The position numbers and the translations under genes were made by a program. A stretch of DNA of 56,941 bases, counting the filler, from Sphacelaria rigidula (Eukaryota): the NCBI GenBank assembly GCA_964200075.2. It is 4 parts of 4 records of this genome, joined end to end, with 100 filler letters (N's around TTAATTAATTAA, not from the genome) between each part and the next. Parts side by side here need not be neighbours in the genome. Positions count along the whole stretch, not along the records: positions 42,782 to 56,941 come from CAXNAA020002423.1; 3 more parts are not named here. The stretch is one strand, 5' to 3'. The notes under the pieces were generated by a model. That model searched no databases and was not told the origin of the DNA. It saw nothing but the letters and a program-made list of their open reading frames with translations. Of this stretch, positions 47,519 through 56,941 are shown piece by piece. How positions within the stretch are numbered: position 1 is the first letter of the stretch; each line of letters begins with the position of its first letter.

Positions 47519-48262
47519 CATGCAGAACACAGTGTGGAAGGCAAATGTACTCCAGACCCAAGCAGAGACGCAGAGCGCATCCTCATGTCCAGCGAAATGC
47601 AAGCGAAGAGTTATCAGCGAAGACGTGTCCTCTAAAATCAAGCACAGACTGACACATCAAAACACGCTCGAGGTGTTCGATGCAGAGCCGTGTCATGATT
47701 AATTTCGTGCCTTCTGATTGTCAAATAAGTATGATGTCGATTCTATATTTTCAAGTGACAACGATGCCGATTCCACCGATAAGCGGTCAAGATGGATTGT
47801 GGTACTCTTGGCAGTCGAAGAGTCCACTGAGGCGTCAAGACAGGAAACGCATGACAACGCAAGCCCTAAGGTCATGCAGGACACAGTGCAGAAAGCAAAT
47901 GTAGTCTACACCCAAGCAAAAACAGAACGCATCCTAATGTTCAACGAAAGGCAGGCGAAGAGGTATCAGCGAAAATGTGTACTCTAAGATCAAGTCAAGA
48001 CTTACACATCAAAACACGCTCGAAGTGTTCGATGCAGAGCCGTGTCGTGACCAATGTCGTGTCTTCTGATTGTCAAATGAATGTGAGGCCGATTCTATAT
48101 TTTCAAGTGCAAACGATGCCGATTCTGCCGATGAGCGGTCAAGATGGATGACGGTATCCCTGACGGTCGAACAGTCCACTAAGCCGTAGAGACGGGAAAC
48201 TCATGGCAGCGCAAGCCCCAATGGCATGTTAACACAGCCTTAAGGCCATGCAGGACACAGGG
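47519..48262. repeat. ~354-bp tandem repeat (two full units plus partial flanks)
   Basis: CATGCAG(A/G)ACACAG occurs at 47519, 47873 and 48248, and the unit bodies align. Confidence 0.85.
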
Positions 48263-50119
48263 TGCTAACGTGCCCGTAGCCTCTTGATCCCAAAATTCTC
48301 AAAACCTTGGTAGAAACAGTCATCACCCACAGCGTGCGATACGCGGTCACTGATGGTATACTTCCTCTGTCCCATAAGTTAGGGTTCTTGAGTAAACAGG
48401 GGCGTGTCGGGAAGTGTATACTCGATTTTTTTGTATTTTGAAAAGTCGCACATCACCCACCTCAGTCAGTCACAATGACTTGTACGATCTCAAGAGGGGG
48501 GAACCACAGCACTGTGCTGAATGCTGCTGTGGGTATGGGTCGGGTCTCCACCGTTCAAAGTACCAAAATATCGGGTATACCCTACTACCCAACCTGCCCT
48601 TGTTAAGTTTACAAGGAGCTTTTTACCCCAATGGCGCGTGTACACGACACTAAAGTTGGTATCGCTGGAAAGGTGACAGGTTGGGCAAGACGACGGGGGA
48701 AAAAAATATCCGACTTGAATTTTTGGTTCGAAATTCGGGTCAATTGACGAAATTTTGGCCACCTCAAATCGGAGTTTCGTCAAATTCGACCGATTCCTGC
48801 CATTTTCGTCCTCGACATGAGTGAAAGCGCGACAACGTGATTCTGGACGAGGCGTAGCTAGCCTCTGCACGAGGAGTGAACTAAAAAGAAGATTTTTCAG
48901 CGTTTTTTTATTTTTGCCAAAAATTGCCGCGTTTCCATTTTCTTTGCCCCTCGCAAAGGGGGCGAAATACGGCCATCTTCGGGCAGACTGATTTTTTTAC
49001 GGCTGTTCGACCGCGTAGGGTGAGCGACATTTGTTGAAAAAAAAACGTTGATTTTAACTTCAAAAACGCCCAATGCATTGAAAATAACATGAAAAAATAA
49101 TCGGACACGGGTTGAAGGTACGTAACGTTGACCCTTCTTGAACCGTTGATGAAAAAATGACGATTTACAATTGACGTTTTCTTGGGCACGATCTTGGGCA
49201 AGATACATGTATATATTATAAAATTAATTTATTAATTAATTAATTATTGCATGAGGATGGGATGGGAGGTATGGGAGGGTTGGGTCCTTGGTTGGATTTC
49301 TTTTGAGGATAAGGGAAAGACAATATGGTTATCTTCCTGCAACTATTGATATTGCAGCCCGCCAACACGGTGTACCACTTCAAGTTCGAGTATACTTAAT
49401 GTGACAGATTCGTGCACTGAACTCGAAGTGACGTTTTCCCGGTGACGAATGCCCGGATACGGGAGTTTGTACTGTTTTTCGCGATTTACAAAAGGGTTAA
49501 GTACCCTAACTTATGGGACGGAGGAAGTACTACATGTATCTCGAACGGGAACATTCGCGGGTGTAATGTCGTGGTTTTGGACAAAACTTGAAACGAAACA
49601 TTCACCCCTCCGGAACGCTCTACTCAATGTTTGTACGATGAAATACTGTCCCCAATCCCTTATGCGACCAGGACGTTGGTTAGACGTAAGTCGGACGGGC
49701 TCTGGGGGGGGCGGGGGGAAGCTCGGAACAATTGATTCTAGGTGGAAAAATAAAGCCAGCTTAGAAAAAGGGATGTTTGAGGCTGAAAAGACTGCAACAC
49801 GCCAATGCCGTCTGACATCAGTCATCAGCCCCGAAACCAGTACAAGTCGAAGATTGATTTTGCCACGTCGCATGTAGATCATCATAATTGGTCACGACAA
49901 TAACAGCACCTGTGGTCATGCACATACAACGACTTTACAGATCGAAGCCCGCGGGAGCTGACGATGTATGTCACCTCGCATCAAGTAGACGCCAGTTATC
50001 CTCATTTCAGAATACTAATGGTCGGATGCGCTAAAGGTCCGAATCCAAGCCCAAAAGATCGGAATTTTTCGGGGAGTGTTGTACTCCGGTCACCTACGAA
50101 ATACACGTGACGAACTCAC

Positions 50120-50241
50120 ATTAGCCCGCTCTGTGCCGGACCCCTGGACAAATGAATGGAACGGCACGGGTAGATTTTGGTCCGTGATCACTTTGTACGA
50201 TCCCACGACCTTCCTCATCACGTTCACCATCCCGCGTCTGT
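50120..50241 (-). CDS. Exon of the MSS51/ZMYND15-like gene
   Basis: GGCAG|(D)RRGMVNVMRKVVGSYKVITDQNLPVPFHSFVQGSGTERAN|GTGAGT. Confidence 0.7.
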
Positions 50242-52250
50242 CTGCCATAGCAGCAACAGCAGCAGCAGCAGCAGCAAACCGACAAAGAACACGTTAAAAA
50301 ACATCAATCAAAGCAACACACACACACATGAAACGCCGACACAGAAGCACACGAATGTGATGTACAACAGACCAGATTGCTAAATTGAAAAAAAAAAAGA
50401 AGCTGGGGCAGAGGGGCGGGGGGAGGAGAGAAAAAGAAAAAAAAGAANNNNNNNNNNACAAAAAGAAGATGAACAAAAGACAAAATAGCAAAAAAGAAAA
50501 AAAAAAAGAAGCGGGGGACGGGGGACGGGGGGGGTAGAGCGCAAACAAAGCGGGTACGAGTACAAACGTCTAGCGCAAAAAACAGAATATTACTAGTACA
50601 AGTTGGGATGTACACACACGCGCGCACGAATTAGAGAAAAGATTACAAGAAAAAAACGATAAAAACGGCAAACAAGAACAACCACAACACGGGAAAATCA
50701 GAACGCGCTAACATACTACGTCTAGAGCGCGCGCACCGGAAAAGAACGGACCTAAGGTAATGATTTCTCTCGGATGGTAACTGAATGCTAGAGATAGGTA
50801 TTCCACGCCTTCGACTACGTCTGCTCAACGCTTACGGCACCGGATTACAGGGCGACCACAACTAGGTAACTTGGAGTTTCGGTCGCTGATAACACGTTAC
50901 TGAATTGGTCAATCACTATTAGTTAGTGAGAAGAAAGAAGAGCGTTCCTTTGTTGCTTGGTCACCGCTCGCTTCCCTTAACTCAACAAGTCAGTACATAC
51001 TAAATGTGCACATGCCCCGGACACCATATGAAAACAGATCCTGGGTCATCAAGGCCAGTGAAGTGCTCATACACGGCTTGGAGTCCTACAGTATAGGAAG
51101 GATCCACACGAGTCGAAAAACGTGTGGAAAGCCCGGTCGGCACCAAGTCCGGCAGCGTTGCCTCAATACAAAAGCTAGGGGACCTTCATGAGGGGGTCCG
51201 TAAAACTCTGCGCATGGATGTTTTGCTCACTCCCGTCATGCTTTCAACCACCAGCCTCCTCGCGACAGGTCCGTAGTCTCAACGGATTGACCAAGCTCCT
51301 TCCTCCGGTATCTGTCCAACAAATTGAAATCACTGGTTGGCTTGATCATCACTCCCGCTTGCACGGCGGAAGTGGGCAACAAGATAGGCCACAAAACCCA
51401 CAAAACACGCAAGAGCTATCAAGGATGTCTTGGGTAGGGTATTTCCTACATTCGAGTGATTTCAAAAATCGGACTCTCAAGTACCGAAAACGTGGGTGGA
51501 TTGTTGAGGTCGTACTCAACAACGACCAGATATTGGGTATAGTATAACGATGGAACCTAGCTACACCCAACATTTGGGTAGAGTATGGAGATCGGACAAT
51601 CGTAACACAAAATTCGGGAGAGAAAATACCCGGGTATTTACCCTATCCAACCAACACACCCTTGAAAACTCTATAGAATTCGAAGAAGACAGAAAAAAAA
51701 AAAAACGGATCTGGTGCATATTTTTAGCGTAAACAGAGCATGCATCGACGGACCAATCACCACACGAGGGATAAAATAAGACGAGTAAAGCAAGAGAAAT
51801 CTTGACAACAAAGCAATCCACAGTCTTCACGGCACCGGTTACCCCCGTGTTCGTGGAACATGGCATCGGCCTGAGAAAAAATACTGGATACTCCCGAGAA
51901 TCTGAACTGCTAAACCGTACCCTATACGTCACCTTACTCGGTACCACGATTGCTTCTACCGCTAGAAGGCAGAGGATTTTACTGCACGAGCAGTCGTGGA
52001 CAAAAAGGCACGATACAAATTGATGCATTGGGTGTACATATACGTGGACCCAAGTAGACTGCTTCACGGTGATGGCGTCATACTTGAGATACATCTTCGC
52101 ACGATTGTGACAGAAATCCATTCAACGTGGCTTTGCTTCTTTCGTTCGTTATTTTTTTCTTTATTTTGCACAACTTGTTGAATATCATCATCCATGGCGA
52201 CCTGTTTCGTGACATGTGTACTTTTTGTGTGTCTTGATGCATGCCCTCAC

Positions 52251-52331
52251 CGATGTCAGAGCTCGCCGATAGGCCGACGGGTATATCAAGCGCGGCGAGG
52301 AAGTACAGGTCAGGCAACCAGCTCCAAAGCA
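52251..52331 (-). CDS. Exon of the MSS51/ZMYND15-like gene
   Basis: AACAG|(V)LWSWLPDLYFLAALDIPVGLSASSDI|GTGAGG. Confidence 0.75.
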
Positions 52332-52602
52332 CTGTTGAAAGAATTATCACCAACGACAAGCACAAGCAGTCGAAATCAGCATGAGGTCGAGAGAGACACA
52401 GTCAACGCACCCAAGGTAAAAAGGGAGGAGCAGTTGAGTCCAGCCTAGGCTAGACGAGTTCACCAATATGCTTGTGATGCGGATAGTCACATAACCCCAA
52501 GCACAAGCGCAGAGTCAGTTGGCATGCATGCGATTACAAACAGGGCAGCATGCCACCACTCACGCCTCATCAACAAACGATTCGACACAAGGGCGCGGGG
52601 AA

Positions 52603-52956
52603 AGCTCATGATCTTGCATGCCGTAGCCACAAGACTATTGACCTCGCATCCCTGCAAAGCCGGAATGGAGCACGCCGGGTTTTCGCCGGACCAGACTCGC
52701 ACTCAGTCATCAAGCGCAAAGCGCCGTTATGTGTTCGGCGAGTCGCCCTGAAGACTATTCGGCCCGAAGCGTACTGATTATCTTGCATATCAATGACGGC
52801 CTCTAATGCGTTACTTCATTCCCTGGCATCACCTCTTCCAGAGACAGCCATGGGGTACACACTGCCTCATGGGTTGAGAGGGGGAGGGCGTACTCATTTA
52901 TCGCTTGCCTTAGTCGTTTGACCATTGACCACGCATCCCTTTCGAGACGGAGCACC
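52603..52956 (-). mobile_element. Two adjacent repeat-R copies; the short one (52885-52956) is flanked by a probable TSD
   Basis: GGTTGAGAGGGG occurs at 52872 and 52957. Confidence 0.7.
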
Positions 52957-53084
52957 GGTTGAGAGGGGTGGGCGGAGGGTTAAACAAGAAAGAAAACGAT
53001 GAAGCCTGCTTCGTACACTGTCACTACAAGCATAGCAAAACGGACTCGAACACTGGAAAGGACTGCTTGCTCGCTCGGTTTCAC

Positions 53085-53224
53085 CTGCATTGCTGGCAGG
53101 GGCAGGGGAGCCCGCCGTGGCAGGGGTGTTGTATCGCTGCACCAGTATTTCAGCAGCCAGTCCAAATCCACAGTTGAGCCCGAACACCATCGTTTCCTCA
53201 TTCTTGAATACATCCCAGCGTCCC
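53085..53224 (-). CDS. Exon of the MSS51/ZMYND15-like gene
   Basis: GTCAG|GRWDVFKNEETMVFGLNCGFGLAAEILVQRYNTPATAGSPAPASNA|GTGAAA. Confidence 0.75.
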
Positions 53225-53919
53225 CTGACACCATCCAACAAGGAACAACCCACGTGCGACAGGGTTGGCGATGGCGCTGGCGTTGGCGCTACGACTCTAG
53301 CCTGGGAGGGTCGGAAAAGACTAGAATATGGTCTGGGGTGGACATCTCTAGCGTCAACATTAATGGTTTCTCTTGTATGAGTGCCGACGAAGTCCCGTCT
53401 TGAAAAATTATCGACGCCGGAGAATAATCTCAATGCATAGGCGTAAATGGTAGCCAATTGGGCGGCAGTGTTGCAGGAAGAGGTTATTTATACAGTGTCA
53501 TGGAAGATAATGAGCAGCTGTCAGTCGATAGGATAAGCACCGACAAAACTCGTCCAACTGAGGTTCAGGTAGGAACACGGAAGCTGGAGGGGTGGGGTCA
53601 TGGGGAAGTGGTACGTGCAGGACGTGACAAGGGAAACAACATGAAGTCACTTCATGACAACGCAAGGTGTGTTGTTGTCTGTCTGATGTAAGAAGATGTG
53701 AGGTGTTTAAGGACAGAATACAATGCCAAGTCGTCACAAATATTCCTCGTGGGAGAAGCAACGAGATGTGTCTTCACATGGACTGACTTACCACGGGTAT
53801 TACGGGGGCACTACGGGCAAAAGGACATAGACAGGTCGAAGGAAGAGCAGACAGGTCGAAGGAAGAGCAGACAGGCCTCAGTGCAGTGCAGTGCAGCGCA
53901 CCACAACAGTATCATTATC

Positions 53920-54030
53920 ATGAGTGATCATGACCATGACTATGACTATGACTATGACTATATGATGATATTTGATGATGATAAATGATAAGTGATAAAT
54001 GATGAGTGATAAATGATATGACAATGATTA
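53920..54030. repeat. (GACTAT)n and (TGATAAA)n simple repeats
   Basis: Directly visible in the sequence. Confidence 0.8.
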
Positions 54031-55074
54031 CGATTAGGGCCCGTTTTAAGGAGACAAGGAAAGTGAGAACGCGACGTGAGGGTGAGAGTGATTCTGGCGG
54101 GGGGGGGGAGGGGTGGGGTTGCCCTCTCGATTGGTTGAGAGCTGACGGATAACCAACTGGAACGACAAGAGATTTAAAATAATCACCAAAACCCCCAGAA
54201 TCACTCTCACTCTCACGGCGCGTCTACCCTTTTGTTTCGATAAACACGGTCTCATGGTTATGACTATGTTTCCAATAATGACTGATATCATTATTTGCGC
54301 ACATTAGCCCGATCTCTTGAACCCGTGGTCACAGACATGGGCTCATCTTTCCAGTAACAACACTATGATAGTTTTCAGGTGAAACTGGGGGACTCAAAAG
54401 TCCTAGTGTCGATAGATATTGGGGAAAGAACCAGGCCGTGCTCAAGACACGATCCTCGATTGGTGTTGCCGGGGTGATACGGAGTAAGTACCTCGTTTAT
54501 CAGGAGGTGCTATCGACCCTCACCGGTCCAAAAAATGCAGTTTTCTCGCTCTGGCTCGATGAAGAGGTGAAAATTTAAAAAAAATAATAATATTCATTTG
54601 TTGGCGAGAATGGCCGGGATTACTTGTGGGTAAGAGCCTGGGGCTGGGTGGTCGCAGGACCCCCAAAAGTCGGTCAGCCCGTTAGTCGATCAATATTGAG
54701 TGCAGGTATGATTTTGTTTCGGAATGTGGAGCAAATGCCTAGTATCTCCCCATCCCCAAACTTTGGGATCAAATCGTCATTGGGGTAAGTGGTGGCACGC
54801 GAAAACACTATTGAAAATCGACGGCTACCAAAACATCACAAGAATCCAATATTTCAGCTGAAAACTATTGTGATACTCCGTACATGAGACAGAAACCCTC
54901 ATTGAGCGGCTTCTTCTAAGACTACAGAAACAGAGCAAAGTGAATGAAGAAAAAAAGGGAGGCGTCAAAAAAAAACAATCATGATGTTTGTATCATAGCA
55001 TCGATGACCCACTTGACAAAATATGAGCCAAAGGCACCCTGTCTTCAGGAATAAAAAAAGAAAGTAAAACTCAC

Positions 55075-55133
55075 TTCTGGAGGAAGAAATCGATGGTCCT
55101 CCCTTTCCAGCACTCCACTCGCATGTCAAGTCC
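55075..55133 (-). CDS. Exon of the MSS51/ZMYND15-like gene (most 5' exon seen)
   Basis: AACAG|GLDMRVECWKGRTIDFFLQ(K)|GTGAGT; phase 2 matches the next exon. Confidence 0.7.
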
Positions 55134-55472
55134 CTGTTCCTCAAGCGCACGTACGAGAAAGCAGCAGATGATTTCACGGCAAAACGTGCTCGCATGAAAA
55201 CGAACTCCAAAGCGACCGCATCTCGGTGGCCTAAGAGAGAGGTACATGTCCCACGGTTAGGGCGTATTTGATTACTTGAATCCTACAAGATAAGGATTAT
55301 CCGGACGTGTGTATTCCGTCATTGAAAACGTGAGAATGTGCTTAGCAAACAAAACTCGACGATAAGTGGACGTGGTGCGGGAACGCTGGTCCAATCTGCG
55401 GCATCAAAGATTCAGGCATATACCGGGGAAGAGATGGGGTAAGTTCTTGGGACCACGTACTGATCGCGAGAG

Positions 55473-55872
55473 TGGGGGCGTACTCATTCGTCGCTTGCCG
55501 TAGTCGTTTGACCATCAACCTCGCATCCCAACAAAGCCGAGACGGAGCACGCCGGGTTTTCGCCGGCTCAAGCCCGCATTCAATCACCAAGCGCGAGGCG
55601 CCATGATGTGTTCGGCGAGTCGCATGAAGGGTGAGCTGCATCCTGCTAAGAAATGTTCGGCCCGAAGCGTAGCAATTACCTTGCATATGGATGACAGCCT
55701 ACTATGAGTTGCCTCATTTTCTGGTACCACCACTTCCAGAGACAGACACGACTCACACACTGCTTCCTGAATGTCTCAGCATTCCAACACTACTTTGTAC
55801 GATCATCTCCTTTGCGTAGAGTTGAGGTTCTTCCACCCTGCACAATAAGATCTAGCTCGACCACCATCATGG
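55473..55872 (-). mobile_element. Repeat family R, long copy
   Basis: Same two ends as 1869-2268 (GGGGGCGTACTCA ... ACCATCATGG). Confidence 0.8.
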
Positions 55873-56261
55873 AGAAACAAGGGAGGGCGGGTCAAGGGAT
55901 AATACGAGAGAAATGGTGTTTTTCGTTCAATCACAACCGTTAAGCTGTTGCAACACGGCATTTGGTGCGCATTTCCGCAGTAGTTTGCGGATATTCCACA
56001 TGCAAAACCCGCCTTTGCATCACACCGTACGCCATTTTCTCACGTAAAGGTATCTTTTGTCCGTGTCAACTATCCAGCGAGAACAATCAACAGACGCTGC
56101 CCCCTGACTACAGTATATACCGCAATTCGTTCGTGATTTTTTTGCGCGATTTCTCCGCGTTTGGGCTGCTTACTTGCCTACGGTATGCAACTCCATCATG
56201 TGGCCTAGAGAGCATCCCGAAACCGTACGGCAGTGCCTGTGCCCATGTTTCTCCCCGATCC

Positions 56262-56368
56262 CCGAGCCTGGTCCGGCGAAAACGCGGCGTGCTCTGTCCC
56301 GCCTTTGTAGGGATGCGAGGTCAACGGTCATCTGACTACGGCATGCAATATCATGAGTACACCCCCTT
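56262..56368 (+). mobile_element. Repeat family R, 5'-truncated copy
   Basis: Ends CATGAGTACACCCCC. Confidence 0.75.
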
Positions 56369-56448
56369 CATTCTCTCGCCAAAACACATACAAAACACAT
56401 GCATTTTAGCTACGAGCTGGGCCAGACTAGGAGCGGATGTGGAGTTTG

Positions 56449-56721
56449 AAGGCCAATTCGCAATTTAGTATTTAGTGTGGGACACTGAAAATTGGTATCG
56501 ACGATCAGTAGGGCATACAATAAAAATGGCATGGACCCAAAAATTTATTTATTTTTGGTGATTTAACCGCATTTTACTAAACCTGAAAAATGAATATTGC
56601 CTTCAACTCATGAAGAAAAAAATCGTGGGGTCCATGCATATATATTTTTTATTCTACCCTGTTAATTGTCCGTACCAAATTTCAGGGTCCAACTCTAGAT
56701 AGTAAAATGCGAATTGGCCTT
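56449..56721. mobile_element. MITE with long imperfect TIRs (GGCC termini, PIF/Harbinger-like)
   Basis: AAGGCCAATTCGCAATTTAGTATTTAG...CTAGATAGTAAAATGCGAATTGGCCTT. Confidence 0.75.
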
Positions 56722-56941
56722 TGAAAAACCGGGTCGGTAGAAATTCGGACCACTATTTTGCAAGCCGCTTACCGGCCCACGTTTGGTGTTTGCGTATTGA
56801 AAATTTCTGCGGGACCTCGCTAGGGCATGATGAACCAAGAAAAGTGGGTCAGGTTGGTATTCATTTATTTTTGCACTGGTTTAAGGCGTTTTAGAATGGA
56901 AACGACCATTTTTTCACGAGAACGCCCAAACCTCCTCCCCC

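Noticed and set aside
51921-51961. Extra exon VEAIVVPSKVTYR (and 51230-51321) in the contig-4 gene
   Set aside because: It has AG/GT borders, but including it breaks phase with the well-fitting 50120-50241 exon.
52251-52331. Upstream exon of DPAGT1
   Set aside because: It lies on a different contig, and it splices in phase with the 53085 and 50120 exons into an unrelated protein.

Overview
This is eukaryotic, repeat-rich, intron-rich DNA. The splice style, SINE/MITE repertoire and gene content suggest a brown alga or related stramenopile (inference). The window is not one locus: it is four contigs of 14161, 14160, 14160 and 14160 bp joined by identical 100-nt N44-TTAATTAATTAA-N44 linkers. 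Contig 1 (1-14161) holds a degenerate minus-strand Ty3/Gypsy element (gag-CCHC, protease, RT, RNase H, integrase, 3' LTR). Its integrase ends in a chromodomain-like module followed by a Tudor-like module. An acidic/lysine-rich exon, SINEs and MITEs lie beside it. Contig 2 (14262-28421) holds a truncated Ty1/Copia element, a poly-Q terminal exon, a large minus-strand exon with a RanBP2-like zinc finger and, divergently, the first exon of a CCDC77-like gene. Contig 3 (28522-42681) holds the last five exons of DPAGT1/ALG7, a long fold-back, TIR-bounded 41-bp tandem arrays and a TG..CA MITE with a 4-bp TSD and telomere-like repeats. Contig 4 (42782-56941) holds six phase-compatible exons of a minus-strand gene with an MSS51/ZMYND15-like C-terminal domain, with MITE-filled introns. 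A dispersed retroposon-like family whose constant 3' end abuts C-runs occurs in all four contigs.
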